A stretch of 64,000 nt of DNA, taken from Gemmatimonadales bacterium. Lineage in GTDB: Bacteria > Gemmatimonadota > Gemmatimonadetes > Gemmatimonadales > GWC2-71-9. The position numbers and the translations under genes are program-made. The notes beneath the pieces are model-generated. The model saw nothing but the letters and a program-made list of their open reading frames with translations, was not told the DNA's origin and searched no databases. The stretch spans positions 1 to 64,000 of the forward strand of contig JBFGJG010000009.1 in assembly GCA_041577295.1 (NCBI GenBank), in the 5' to 3' direction. Shown here in pieces: positions 20,748 to 31,249 of the stretch (positions are counted from its first letter, which is position 1; each line of letters begins with the position of its first letter).

Positions 20748-21353
20748 CTATCCGTCCAACTTCTCGAGTTCGGCCGTCAACCGCGACGCATCGTCAGCGG
20801 ACAACCCGTAGGAGGAGCTCTCCCCGGTGGCGGTGCCCGCACCCTCTGGCTCCCTCCGATGGGTGCGACGCGTCAGAACCCACAGCATCGCCGCGCCAAC
20901 CAACGTGATGCCGAAACCCGGTACGAGGTAGGCGGCGAGGTTGAAGCCCTCCTTGCGCGGCGCCATGAGGACGGTCTCACCGTACAAGGTGACGAACTCG
21001 TCGAGAATCTCCTCCGCTGTCCTCCCCTGCTCGACGAAGCCGATCACATGCCGGTGCATGGCCGGTGACGTTTGACAGGTGAAGTCCGTAGTACGGCACG
21101 TGTACACACTCAGGTTGCACCCGCAGGTACAACGCAGCTGCGATTCGACTCCCACGATGAATGGATCGTTCTCGTAGTCGGTGACACGCGTGCGAGGCAG
21201 ACCTGCCATGTCCGGCCTGGGGAGTTTTGCCGACGGGGTGTCATCTTGGGATGACGGGGCCGTCTCCTGTGACCGGACTGCGTATCCTGGGATGACGGCC
21301 GCGATTCCCACACCGATCAACGCGCGACGGGAGATCAAATTAGTCCTTTGCAT
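20748..21353 (-). CDS. ccmH: CcmH-like cytochrome c maturation protein
   Basis: LRCTCGC, EILDEFVTLYGETVLMAP, C-terminal TM; TGATG coupling to ccmF. Confidence 0.8.
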   Translation of the reverse strand: MQRTNLISRRALIGVGIAAVIPGYAVRSQETAPSSQDDTPSAKLPRPDMAGLPRTRVTDYENDPFIVGVESQLRCTCGCNLSVYTCRTTDFTCQTSPAMHRHVIGFVEQGRTAEEILDEFVTLYGETVLMAPRKEGFNLAAYLVPGFGITLVGAAMLWVLTRRTHRREPEGAGTATGESSSYGLSADDASRLTAELEKLDG

Positions 21354-23437
21354 CAGCTCGACTGCTCCAGCGTCGTAACCCGATCGCCGCTTCCGGCTCC
21401 CGCATCGTCTGGTCGTCCGGTAAGCGTGGCCGCGTAGCCCGGCATGGCGCGTCGCAAGGACGCTCGTGTCGGACCACCGCCCGGCCACATCACGATAATC
21501 CCACCACCCACGAGCACGAACCCACCAAACCACACCCACCACACCAATGGGTTCAACGTAAACCGATAGACGCTCTCCTCAGTTCCCTCAACGGAGCCGG
21601 CGTATACCACGTAGATGTCCTCACGGAGCCCGCTGTGGATTCCAGCTTCTGTCGAAGGCTCGAAGCTCGGCCGCCCAAACGAATCGACGTGCTGGCGCTT
21701 CTCGCTCTTGATCACGCCAATCTCTCCGCCGCGATCGCTCGTGACCTGGACGGTGGCCGCTGAGACGACTCGGTTGAGATCGCGATACTGAGAGACCCCG
21801 AGGTGCGTGAAGGTGTAGATGTGGCCGAACGGTGACTTGAGGCGCGTCGATTCGCCGGGTTTGAGCGATGCCTCGATCTCGGTCTTAAAGGCCATGCCGG
21901 CAAATGCGATGAAGTACACCACGATCCCGACATGAACGATGTAACCGCCGTACCGCCGCCGATTGCGCCCAACCAGCCGGCCGAACGCCACTAGATAGTT
22001 CTCGTTGTGGAGCCGGTGACGGGCTCCAATACCTCGCGCAAACTCCTGAGTGACCGTCGCCATGACGAACGCCCCGAGCGTGATCGCCACGCCCGCGTAG
22101 AAATCCCCAAACCGAAGCGCGACGAGTAAGGCCGCGGTGACGAGACCGGTCGTCGCTGGCACGGCAAACTGACGACGCAGGTTCCTTGGGCTTGCCTTTC
22201 GCCACGCAATCAGGGGGCCGATGCCCGTCAAAGCGAGCAAGGCCAATCCGATAGGGATGTTGACCTGATTAAAGAACGGTGGTCCCACCGTAACCTGTGT
22301 CCCACGGACCAGCTCCGAGGTGATGGGGAAGAGCGTGCCCCACAAAATCGAGAACGCGATCCCGACAAGCAGAAGATTGTTGAAGAGAAACGTCGCTTCG
22401 CGCGAGAGCATGCTTTCCAGCTGCGCCTCGGCTTCGAGCAGCGGAAGGCGTCTCCACAGCAGCCACCCCATCGAAAGGATGATCATGACGAGGAACACTA
22501 GGAAATAGTACCCCACAGATGACTGCGTGAACGAATGAACACTCGAGATGATTCCACTTCGCGTGAGAAACGTCCCGAATATCGAGAGAACGAATGTCAC
22601 GACAATCAGGATAATGTTCCACTTCTTCAGCATCCCTCGCTTTTCCTGAATCATGACCGAGTGGAGGAACGCCGTCATCGTGAGCCACGGCAGGAAGCTC
22701 GCGTTCTCCACGGGATCCCACGCCCAGTATCCTCCCCATCCCAACTCGACGTACGCCCACCACATCCCCAGGGTGATACCGATCGAAAGGAAGATCCAGG
22801 AAACGATGGTCCACTTGCGGATGGCGTGGAGCCAGCCGGTATCGAGTCGTTTAGTGATCAGCGCAGCGACGGCAAAGGCGAAAGGAATCGATATGCTGAT
22901 GTAGCCCAGGTAGAGCATCGGTGGGTGCACCACCATGCCCGGGTTCTGTAGTTGTGGGTTGAGCCCACGTCCATCCATCGGCGTGAACGGCAGACGAGTG
23001 AACGGGTTGGCGGCAAACAGCACGACGATCACGAAGAACAGCGTGATGGCGGCGGTGGTCGCGCCCACATACGGCATGAGGTATCGGTACCGCCGTGGTG
23101 TGATCCACTGGGCGACCGCGGCAAAGACGCTGAGCACCAGGGCCCAGAAGAGCAGACTCCCCGCTTGGCCGCCGTAGAGCGCCGCGATGGTGTAGACCGT
23201 CGGGAGGTTCCGACTGGTGTAGCTCGCGACGTACTCGACGTTGAAATCGTGCCGGAGAAGTGCGGTGAGCAGGGAGATGCCCGCCACGATCAGGACCGCG
23301 CACAGCGCATAGCTGCTCCGGCGAGCGCTGCGGATCAGTTCGGGCCGACCCGTTCGACCCGCCAGTATCCCAATCCCTACGCCCCAGGCCGCGAGGAGAA
23401 GAGCAAGCCAGAGGGCCAACTGTCCCAGAATTGTCAT
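21353..23437 (-). CDS. ccmF: heme lyase CcmF
   Basis: GLNPQLQ, HPPMLYLGY, WAYVELGWGGYWAWDPVENAS, SVHSF. Confidence 0.97.
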   Translation of the reverse strand: MTILGQLALWLALLLAAWGVGIGILAGRTGRPELIRSARRSSYALCAVLIVAGISLLTALLRHDFNVEYVASYTSRNLPTVYTIAALYGGQAGSLLFWALVLSVFAAVAQWITPRRYRYLMPYVGATTAAITLFFVIVVLFAANPFTRLPFTPMDGRGLNPQLQNPGMVVHPPMLYLGYISISIPFAFAVAALITKRLDTGWLHAIRKWTIVSWIFLSIGITLGMWWAYVELGWGGYWAWDPVENASFLPWLTMTAFLHSVMIQEKRGMLKKWNIILIVVTFVLSIFGTFLTRSGIISSVHSFTQSSVGYYFLVFLVMIILSMGWLLWRRLPLLEAEAQLESMLSREATFLFNNLLLVGIAFSILWGTLFPITSELVRGTQVTVGPPFFNQVNIPIGLALLALTGIGPLIAWRKASPRNLRRQFAVPATTGLVTAALLVALRFGDFYAGVAITLGAFVMATVTQEFARGIGARHRLHNENYLVAFGRLVGRNRRRYGGYIVHVGIVVYFIAFAGMAFKTEIEASLKPGESTRLKSPFGHIYTFTHLGVSQYRDLNRVVSAATVQVTSDRGGEIGVIKSEKRQHVDSFGRPSFEPSTEAGIHSGLREDIYVVYAGSVEGTEESVYRFTLNPLVWWVWFGGFVLVGGGIIVMWPGGGPTRASLRRAMPGYAATLTGRPDDAGAGSGDRVTTLEQSS

Positions 23438-23449
23438 GAAGGTATGTCG

Positions 23450-23854
23450 CTACGCGGTGGGAACGGCTTCGTAACGCGACCCGCACTTGGCCAGGAGCGT
23501 CGTTGCACGAAACGTCCCATCCGGCAACAGCCGGCCCTCGACGACGACATCGACGTCGTCGGTGAACGTGTCGGGGGCGAGGCCGCGATACACCACCGGA
23601 TAGGTGGTTTCGCCGTCCGTCACCTGAAACGTGATCGTCTGTGACGCGACGTCGCGCTCGATGCTCCCGTGCACCACGCGGGCTCCCATTTTGACCCCGA
23701 CGTTTCGGATGGACGGATCGACGGAAACCTTTGCAGCAAGTTCGGATGGGGTGACGAAGTACACGCCGGTGTCCTTGATGCCGGACGCCATCAGGTAGCC
23801 GACCGTTCCGACGACGAGTGATGCTCCAAGCAGAAACTTTGTCCGTGCGCGCAT
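23450..23854 (-). CDS. ccmE: heme chaperone CcmE, CXXXY type
   Basis: YFVTPSE, YRGLAPDTF, VVVEG, LLAKCGSRY. Confidence 0.9.
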   Translation of the reverse strand: MRARTKFLLGASLVVGTVGYLMASGIKDTGVYFVTPSELAAKVSVDPSIRNVGVKMGARVVHGSIERDVASQTITFQVTDGETTYPVVYRGLAPDTFTDDVDVVVEGRLLPDGTFRATTLLAKCGSRYEAVPTA

Positions 23855-23959
23855 ATCGAATCCGATGTTGAACATTCCGGAGGATCGCCGTTACTGCAGC
23901 CTGCAATATAGCCTACGCCGCACCGTCTCAAAAGTTCGTAAGGCAGTATGAACTGACCC

Positions 23960-25444
23960 TTAAGTTGCACCGCTCCTGGCCCAGTGGAGTGCGGTGGCGA
24001 CTGCCCGCGACCACTCTTGGTACGACGCATCGGCGCTGGTCTGCGGCCGGAACCAGGCATACTGACGACGCTCGAGGAACTCCGAGCCCGTGCGCCACAC
24101 GCCTGTCGCCAAGCCGGCGAGCCCAGCCGCCCCGAGCGCGGTGGTTTCGACCACGTCCGGCCGCGCGACCGGCACGGTGAGCGTATCCGCCTGAAACTGC
24201 ATGAGCCAGTCGTTCGCCGCCGCCCCCCCGTCTACCTTGAGCGTCGACAGCGAGACGCCGGAGGTCTTCGCCATCGCGCGCACGACGTCCCGCGTGCTGT
24301 ACGCCATAGCCTCGAGGGCCGCCCGGATCAGGTGGGCACGGCGGGTCCCCCGTGTGAGACCGACAATGGTGCCTCGCGCATCGGCCTCCCAAAACGGAGC
24401 ACCGAGCCCGACGAAGGCGGGAACGAAGTAGACACCTCCGGTGTCTGGCACGCTCTGGGCCAGGGCCTGGGTCTCGGCCGCATCACTGATGAGCCCCAGT
24501 CCATCGCGTAGCCACTGCACGGCCGCGCCGGCAATGAAGATGGATCCCTCGAGCGCATAGCTCGGGGCCCCTTTGGCGTCACACGCGATGGTCGTCAGCA
24601 CACCACTGCCGTCCCGAATCGACGGGCGCTTGCCCACGTGCATTAAAAGGAATGCGCCCGTTCCATACGTGCATTTCGCGTGCCCCGGCTCCCAACACCC
24701 CTGGCCGAACAGGGCCGCCTGCTGGTCTCCCGCCACACCGGCGATGGGAATCTCGCTGCCCAAGACACGCGCGTCCGTGTTGGCGAGGACCTCACTCGAA
24801 TGACGAATCGCCGGGAGACTACAACGCGGGACACCAAACAGCGATAACAGCTCCGCATCCCATGCCTTATTGGCAATGTTGTAGAGCAGGGTGCGTGATG
24901 CGTTGGTGTGATCGGTAACGAAGGCTTGCCCCCCCGTCAGCTTGTAAATCAACCACGAGTCGATCGTACCAAACACCGCGTCTCCCGCCGCGGTCCGTTC
25001 TCTGACGCCAGGCACGTTCTCCAGCAGCCACTCGATCTTTGTGGCGGAGAAATACGGATCCCATACCAGCCCAGTCCGGGCAGCGATGTGGCGATCGCCG
25101 AGTTCGGCCCGCAGCGCGCGACAGCGTGCAGCCGTGCGGCGATCCTGCCAGACCAGGGCACGATGGAGTGGGCGGCCCGTCGTCCGGTCCCACACCACAA
25201 CCGTCTCACGCTGGTTTGTTATTCCAATCGCTTTCGGGGACGCGCCCGCCTGCTGAATGGCCCGGCGCGCGCTCTCGACCGTCACTTCCCAGATCTCCTC
25301 GGCGTCGTGTTCGACTTGTCCGGGCGACGGAAAGTGTTGGGTGAACTCCTGGTACGCTCGACCGATGACATCGCCCGTCTGCGAAATGACGAGCGCGGTC
25401 GTGCCGGTCGTCCCCTGGTCGATCGCCAGAACCGAAGTTGTCAT
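23960..25444 (-). CDS. glpK: glycerol kinase
   Basis: IDQGTTGT, GITNQRET, WQDRRT, PYFSATK, GDQQAALFGQ, VDGGA. Confidence 0.96.
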   Translation of the reverse strand: MTTSVLAIDQGTTGTTALVISQTGDVIGRAYQEFTQHFPSPGQVEHDAEEIWEVTVESARRAIQQAGASPKAIGITNQRETVVVWDRTTGRPLHRALVWQDRRTAARCRALRAELGDRHIAARTGLVWDPYFSATKIEWLLENVPGVRERTAAGDAVFGTIDSWLIYKLTGGQAFVTDHTNASRTLLYNIANKAWDAELLSLFGVPRCSLPAIRHSSEVLANTDARVLGSEIPIAGVAGDQQAALFGQGCWEPGHAKCTYGTGAFLLMHVGKRPSIRDGSGVLTTIACDAKGAPSYALEGSIFIAGAAVQWLRDGLGLISDAAETQALAQSVPDTGGVYFVPAFVGLGAPFWEADARGTIVGLTRGTRRAHLIRAALEAMAYSTRDVVRAMAKTSGVSLSTLKVDGGAAANDWLMQFQADTLTVPVARPDVVETTALGAAGLAGLATGVWRTGSEFLERRQYAWFRPQTSADASYQEWSRAVATALHWARSGAT

Positions 25445-25482
25445 GGGAGGAAGATAATCAGCGACGGCAGGCTGGAGTCAGC

Positions 25483-26121
25483 TCACACCTCTCGTTGGCG
25501 GGTTGCTGATCGTCGCTTGACCAACCGCCGCAATCGTCCCTGCTCTTCGCGCTCCCGTTCGTCGAGCACCCGCTGTACACCTGCAATCTGCTCGCTGAGC
25601 GCCGGACTCACACGCCGCTCGAGCGTGTTGACCTGTCGCGAAGTTTGGGCCAAGGCCTCGCCGAGCCGCCTGATGAGTGACTCGCGCGTCGCCGCGTCGA
25701 GCACCGCGTCAATGAGTTCTTCAAAATGCCGGGCCGTTTCGACAGCCGCAGGCCCTGTCGCGCCAGGCGTCGTCCCGCGCGCCGCTAGGGTCCTCGCAAC
25801 TGGCGATCGCCCCAGAATATCGGCGACGGCAATTCCCCATACCCGGTGCGCGTGGACCTCGACGTGGATGTCCCGCGTCGGCCACCCGAGGGGGGTGAGA
25901 CCTGCCCGACCGTGCTGTGCGAGCGCCTCGAGGAGCGCGGGGTAGGCCTCCGCGGCGCGTTGTGTAATGCGTTGCCTTCCGTGAACCGCGCGCTGCGCCA
26001 GTCGGAATAGTTCTGTAACGAGCGCCTCGCGTTTGCGTCGTAACAACGCTGCTCCACGCGTGACTCGATCGAGCCGACGCCGCGCGCGGAGCAGGTTGAG
26101 CCGTGTCGCTGGCGTGCTCAT
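25483..26121 (-). CDS. V/A-type ATPase subunit D
   Basis: ATRLNLL, LLRRKREAL, QVNTLE, LDERERE. Confidence 0.9.
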   Translation of the reverse strand: MSTPATRLNLLRARRRLDRVTRGAALLRRKREALVTELFRLAQRAVHGRQRITQRAAEAYPALLEALAQHGRAGLTPLGWPTRDIHVEVHAHRVWGIAVADILGRSPVARTLAARGTTPGATGPAAVETARHFEELIDAVLDAATRESLIRRLGEALAQTSRQVNTLERRVSPALSEQIAGVQRVLDEREREEQGRLRRLVKRRSATRQREV

Positions 26122-27527
26122 CCGTCGCCCGCCAGCGGCGCCTCGTCTGATGCAGACCGTCGGCGACGATCGACGGTGGCGGCCTGTAACCGTATCAGAT
26201 CTTCCGGGGGCAGCGCGTCGAGCAGTCGCCATCCTCGCTCGAGGGTCTCCTGCACCGACCGGTGCGTTGCCCCTTGGCCGATAAACGTACGCTCGAAGTC
26301 CGCGGCAAAGGCAAGCGCTCGGGCGTCCGCGGGGCCCAATCCGGCCTCTCCGACTATCGTGGCCATCGATCGGGCCTCTCGCCCGTGTGCATATAACGCG
26401 TAGAGCTGGTCAGCCCACTCCCGATGCTCGGGAACGGTCCGTCCGGGACCGATGCCAGCGTTCATCAAGCGGGACAGCGAGGGCAGTACATCAATGGGCG
26501 GAAACACACCCCGACGATGTAGCTCGCGACTCAGGACGATCTGCCCCTCAGTGATGTAGCCGGTGAGATCTGGGATGGGGTGCGTGATGTCGTCATCTGG
26601 CATCGTGACGATTGGCAACTGGGTAAGCGATCCACTCCCGTCGATCAGAACCCCCGCTCGCTCGTAGAGGGTAGCAAGATCCGTGTACATGTAACCCGGG
26701 TAGGCGCGGCGGCCCGGAATCTCTTCCCGCGCCGTGGCGATCTCTCGCAGCGCCTCACAGTAGTGAGTCATGTCGGCTAACACGACGAGCACGTGAAAGC
26801 CTGCTTCAAAAGCGAGGTACTCGGCTTGGGTGAGCGCGATCCGTGGGGCAAGAAGCCGCTCGATGGTTGGGTCCCGCGCTTCATTCAGGTACAGCGTGCT
26901 GCGAGCCGCGGCACCACTCGAGGTGAACCCGTCCAGAAAACTCGTAGCCTCCCGTGCCGTGATGCCGATTGCGACGAAGATCAAGGCAAAGGCCTCGCCC
27001 CCCGGGGCGCGAGCTCCCTGCACGATCTGCGCGGCGAGGTCGAGTGCCGGTAAACCCGGTCCAGAGAACACCGGCAGCTTCTGCCCACGCACCAACGTGT
27101 TCAGACCATCGATGGCCGAAATGCCGGTCTCAATGAATTCCGCTGGTGGTGCACGGCGTGCGGGATTGAGTGGCGCACCCCAAACGGGCCGAATGGCCTC
27201 GCCAACGGGCGGGGGAAGTCCGTCGAGCGGCTCTCCGAAACCACTAAACACCCGACCGATCAACTCGCGCCCGACGGCCGTCCGTGCCACCTCCCCCGTG
27301 AAGGTGATCTCAGCCTGTGCCGGGGGCAGCCCGACGGTCTCCTCCAACACCTGAATCACGGTGACGTCCTCGCCCGCGTCGATGACCTGCCCGCGGCGGT
27401 CGGCTTGCCCGTTGACGCGCAGCACCACCCACTCTCCCATGGCAGCGCGGTAGGTGTTGGGCACGAATAGAAGGGGTCCGGCCGCCGCCCGCACTCCTCG
27501 GTAGGTCCGCATCACAGGCGTGTTCAT
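26118..27527 (-). CDS. V/A-type ATPase subunit B
   Basis: IETGISAIDGLNTLVRGQKLPVFS, PGRRAYPGYMYTDL, THPIPDLTGYITEGQ, PSLSRLM. Confidence 0.95.
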   Translation of the reverse strand: MNTPVMRTYRGVRAAAGPLLFVPNTYRAAMGEWVVLRVNGQADRRGQVIDAGEDVTVIQVLEETVGLPPAQAEITFTGEVARTAVGRELIGRVFSGFGEPLDGLPPPVGEAIRPVWGAPLNPARRAPPAEFIETGISAIDGLNTLVRGQKLPVFSGPGLPALDLAAQIVQGARAPGGEAFALIFVAIGITAREATSFLDGFTSSGAAARSTLYLNEARDPTIERLLAPRIALTQAEYLAFEAGFHVLVVLADMTHYCEALREIATAREEIPGRRAYPGYMYTDLATLYERAGVLIDGSGSLTQLPIVTMPDDDITHPIPDLTGYITEGQIVLSRELHRRGVFPPIDVLPSLSRLMNAGIGPGRTVPEHREWADQLYALYAHGREARSMATIVGEAGLGPADARALAFAADFERTFIGQGATHRSVQETLERGWRLLDALPPEDLIRLQAATVDRRRRSASDEAPLAGDG

Positions 27528-29320
27528 GGGACCACCGTGCCCGCCGACGAAACGACGTTTTGCGCCTCCGACGGCCGGAGGAGCGGTCCGTCGAGCTTGG
27601 CGATGCTCCGCTCCGCCTCCTTCGCTCGACCCGCGAAGCCATCCGGCGTCTCGTGACGCAATGACACGAGACGTTGGCGAATGGGTGCGATCTCTACGCC
27701 GTCCAGGGAAACGCCACCGCGGAGCACGCGCAGCGTCGTCAGATAAAACGCGCGGACCAGTTTCACGAGCGAGTAGGTCTTCTCCGTGGGGGAAAACGCG
27801 TCATTTGGATGGTACGCATTCTGTCCCAGCACCACTTCGCGTAGCATGCGGGCCGTTTCCATGATGAGACGGTCTTCGTCTTGGAGCGCATCGTGGCCCA
27901 CCAGCGCTGCGATCTCACGCAGCTCCCGGTCCTTTTGCAGCCACTCGAGCACCTCGCGACGTAGCGCTGGCCAGTCGCTGGACACGTGCTCTGAAAACCA
28001 GCAATCGGTGCCGGATTCGTAGAGACTGTAGCTCGTCTCCCAGTCGACCGCGGGGAACTGTCGCGCGTTGGCCAGTGCCGCATCTAAGGCCCAGAGCGCC
28101 CCCGTGACTCGCATGGAAGCTTGCGTCACCGGTTCGGAGAAATCGCCACCGGGCGGAGATACCGCACTGATAATCGTCAGGGCGCCCGTGCGCTCCGGTT
28201 CACCCAGGGCAATCACAGTTCCGGCTCGCTCGTACCACTTGGCGAGCCGGTTGCCCAGGTACGTCGGATACCCCTCCTCGCCTGGCATCTCCTGGAGCCG
28301 GGCACTCATTTCTCGTAGCGCCTCCGCCCATCGTGAGAGCGAGTCCGCCATCACCGCCACACGATACCCCAGATCACGATAGTACTCCGCCACGGTCACT
28401 CCCACGTATACCGAGGCTTCCCGAGCAGCGACCGGCATATTCGAGGTGTTCACCACGAGCACGGTACGCTCGAGGACACTGTGAACAGTGTCGCTCGCAA
28501 CCAGTGTAGGGAATTCCGTCAACACCTCGGCGATTTCATTCCCTCGCTCACCACACCCAACATAGACCACGACATCCGCTGCGGCGTACTTGGCGAGCGA
28601 CTGCTCGATGACGGTCTTTCCGGTTCCAAATCCGCCGGGCACGGAAACAGTGCCGCCCTCGGCGACGGGGAAGAGAAAGTCGAGTAAGCGTTGTCCCGTG
28701 ATCAGGGGAGTGTCGGTGCGCAGTCGACGCTTCACAGGACGCGTCTGACGAACCGGCCAGTGATGCGCCAACGTCAGTGGCGTGCCGCGCTCGGTGTGTC
28801 CTAACGGCTCATCGACGGTGAACTCGCCTCCCGATATCTGCGACAGTGTTCCGCCGCTTCCGATGGGCACGAGGATCGGGTGCGAGAGGCTCGCCGTCTC
28901 CTGCACGTGTCCCAGCACATCACCTGGTTCGATTCGCTCGCCCGCCGCGACAACAGGGACAAACCGCCAACGGCGTTCGGGTTCGAGGGTTGGAGCCCCG
29001 ATGCCGGGGAGCAGGACGTGTCCGGTTTGGTCTGCGAGGCGGGCAAGCGGTCGACCCAAGCCGTCGAGGACTGACCCGAGCAGCCCCGGCCCGAGTTGAA
29101 TGGTCAGGGCATTGCCGGTTGCCTCGACAGGTCCACCCAGCTCGAGGCCCGTCGTGTCTTCATAGACCTGCACCACCGCCGTATCATGCTCGACACGAAT
29201 CACCTCGCCGAGCAACCCGAGCTTGCCCACGCGGACGAGCTCGTTGAGCGAAACCGCACCCATCGGCTGCGCTTCGACCAGCGCCCCCGCAATGCGCACG
29301 ATACGGCCTCGCCGACTCAT
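27524..29320 (-). CDS. V/A-type ATPase subunit A
   Basis: PGGFGTGKT, GCGERGNE, NTSNMPVAAREAS, SRWAEALRE, VSPPGGDFSEPVTQ. Confidence 0.96.
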   Translation of the reverse strand: MSRRGRIVRIAGALVEAQPMGAVSLNELVRVGKLGLLGEVIRVEHDTAVVQVYEDTTGLELGGPVEATGNALTIQLGPGLLGSVLDGLGRPLARLADQTGHVLLPGIGAPTLEPERRWRFVPVVAAGERIEPGDVLGHVQETASLSHPILVPIGSGGTLSQISGGEFTVDEPLGHTERGTPLTLAHHWPVRQTRPVKRRLRTDTPLITGQRLLDFLFPVAEGGTVSVPGGFGTGKTVIEQSLAKYAAADVVVYVGCGERGNEIAEVLTEFPTLVASDTVHSVLERTVLVVNTSNMPVAAREASVYVGVTVAEYYRDLGYRVAVMADSLSRWAEALREMSARLQEMPGEEGYPTYLGNRLAKWYERAGTVIALGEPERTGALTIISAVSPPGGDFSEPVTQASMRVTGALWALDAALANARQFPAVDWETSYSLYESGTDCWFSEHVSSDWPALRREVLEWLQKDRELREIAALVGHDALQDEDRLIMETARMLREVVLGQNAYHPNDAFSPTEKTYSLVKLVRAFYLTTLRVLRGGVSLDGVEIAPIRQRLVSLRHETPDGFAGRAKEAERSIAKLDGPLLRPSEAQNVVSSAGTVVP

Positions 29321-29646
29321 TGCAGCCTCACCCGATAGCCAATCGCCCGGCGGAGCAGTTCGACAACATATGCTTCCGCACGCTCACCACGTGCGATCCA
29401 TGCCGGACCGGGAAACGGAACTGCCATTGGTAGCGGCCTGCGAGCGAGCTGACGGCGCACGGGATCTGGAAGGAGATCATAAAGACGTTGCTCGATGAGG
29501 ATGACCGCCACGTCAGGAGTCTCGAGAAGCACACGAACCTGGCGCGCCGCTTCGGCGGCATCCCCAACGACTAGCGGCGACAGGCCCGCGAGCACGAGCC
29601 CCGATGCCACGTCGGCGCCGCACACAATACGCACGTTGGTTTTCAT
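29317..29646 (-). CDS. V/A-type ATPase subunit F
   Basis: GLVLAGL, DVAVILI, C-terminal LRRAIG; operon position. Confidence 0.85.
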   Translation of the reverse strand: MKTNVRIVCGADVASGLVLAGLSPLVVGDAAEAARQVRVLLETPDVAVILIEQRLYDLLPDPVRRQLARRPLPMAVPFPGPAWIARGERAEAYVVELLRRAIGYRVRLQ

Positions 29647-30659
29647 CGGTCTGTCACCAGGCCGGCGTGGATGGATTCGGCAGGAACCGCCAGCGACACG
29701 CCCCAAATGATTCGGCGGAGATCGATGACCTCAGCACGCAAACAGAGGACGTACTTCAAGAGCGGTGCGGCACTCAGTGGATCCAGCCTCGCGTGCTTCC
29801 GGAGAGACTGGATCTGCGCAGCTAGTACGGCGGCTTCGAGACGCTCGATACTAGACGCGTGGGCTTGAATGACTTCAGAAAACGGAGATGCAAGCGCCCT
29901 GCTGAGCACGCGGGCGCATTCCCGCCGGCCCGCCGCGCGCGCAGCCTGGTGAAATGCGGAAGCCTCGAGTTCCGCACCGCCCTCGAGGAGGCACTGTTTC
30001 GGATCGACGTCGTGCTGTCCCCCAGCGAGCAGGAGTGCCGAGAAAGCGTTCTCGAGGTCGATGACACGACTCACATGGGCCTGGAGTATTCGCCCGCCCC
30101 GGCGGGCTGCTCGACGTGCACGGGCGGCGAACGTCCGATCGATCGCCAGCTCCAAGAGAAAGGCATCGGGCCTTCGTTCCTCCGTCTCACCTCGAATGGC
30201 ATCACCATACGGGTTTCGCCAGGCAATCAACAGCGTGGCGATCTCACGAGTCGTCTCGAGGCGCGCGAGCGCTTGAAGCGCCCGTTCTGACAGGCCGGGA
30301 GTGGGTATGAGACCGGCGAGACGTGACTCTGCCGTGGTGCCCTGGAGGGCACCACGGAGGATGGCGCGGAGGCTACGACGGTCCTCGTCCTCGAAGATGA
30401 CCACCAGCGCCCGGGATCGCGCGCCGGCCCAACGCGCCAGCAGCTCCAATCGCTGCCCGGCGCCACGGCGGACAGCCAACTCGATTTGCCCCGGCGAGAT
30501 GCGTGGAACGACGTCACGGACCGGATACCCAACCGCCCCGATGCCGCCCGCCACGGCCTCCAGATCAGCGGCATTCGCCAAGGCAACGAGGCGCGTCCGA
30601 CCCACCAACCGCGTCGCGAGTCCTCGGGCTCGTACGTCGACATCGCTCCACGTGATCAT
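29643..30659 (-). CDS. V/A-type ATPase subunit C
   Basis: VRARGL, IDLEN, EVIDLRRIIWG; size and position. Confidence 0.85.
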   Translation of the reverse strand: MITWSDVDVRARGLATRLVGRTRLVALANAADLEAVAGGIGAVGYPVRDVVPRISPGQIELAVRRGAGQRLELLARWAGARSRALVVIFEDEDRRSLRAILRGALQGTTAESRLAGLIPTPGLSERALQALARLETTREIATLLIAWRNPYGDAIRGETEERRPDAFLLELAIDRTFAARARRAARRGGRILQAHVSRVIDLENAFSALLLAGGQHDVDPKQCLLEGGAELEASAFHQAARAAGRRECARVLSRALASPFSEVIQAHASSIERLEAAVLAAQIQSLRKHARLDPLSAAPLLKYVLCLRAEVIDLRRIIWGVSLAVPAESIHAGLVTDR

Positions 30660-31240
30660 GGGCCGATTTGCAGATCAGAGAGAGATTGCAGCGCAAGGAT
30701 AGATTGTAACCGTTCGAGCCGCCCCTCGAGTGTTTGATCCACCACTACTCGGTCCTCTGGCGACCGAACGGTGAAACCTGGTGGCGCGTTCGGATCTTCC
30801 ACGACCGTGACAGCTTCACGACCTGCTGTGATCGAGCGGAGCGTGTCGCCGATCGGAGGTGGGCACCGGACGATGCACGGTTGATCCCCCACATACGTCA
30901 ACGCGTCTGCCAGTTGATCGGCGAGCGCGCCGTGGTATCTCGAGTCGCGCAACATCGCTGGCAATCGCGATCGCACCATCGCAAAGATTCTATCGAGCAA
31001 TCCGGCGCGGGCCGCTAGGATCTCCGTGCGGCCTTGCTGTCGCGCCTCCTCCACCGCCAGCGCGGCGGCTTGGCGCCATGCACGTTCGCGGGGTGCCAGC
31101 AATTGTGCGCGCCGTTCGGTGGCGCGTTCAGCGGCTTCTCGCCTAATGCGATCGGCTTCGGAACGTGCCTCCGCTAGGATCGTCTGTCGCTCGGCCTCCG
31201 CATCCTGCTCGAGGACAGCGAGCAACTGCTCGATAGCCAT
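30656..31240 (-). CDS. V/A-type ATPase subunit E
   Basis: Coiled coil ILAEARSEADRI, C-terminal VDQTLEGRL. Confidence 0.85.
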   Translation of the reverse strand: MAIEQLLAVLEQDAEAERQTILAEARSEADRIRREAAERATERRAQLLAPRERAWRQAAALAVEEARQQGRTEILAARAGLLDRIFAMVRSRLPAMLRDSRYHGALADQLADALTYVGDQPCIVRCPPPIGDTLRSITAGREAVTVVEDPNAPPGFTVRSPEDRVVVDQTLEGRLERLQSILALQSLSDLQIGP

Positions 31241-31249
31241 GCGCGTCCC

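Noticed and set aside
23960..25444. Functional link between glpK and the V/A-ATPase operon
   Set aside because: Only a 38-nt gap supports it; no other glycerol genes are present.
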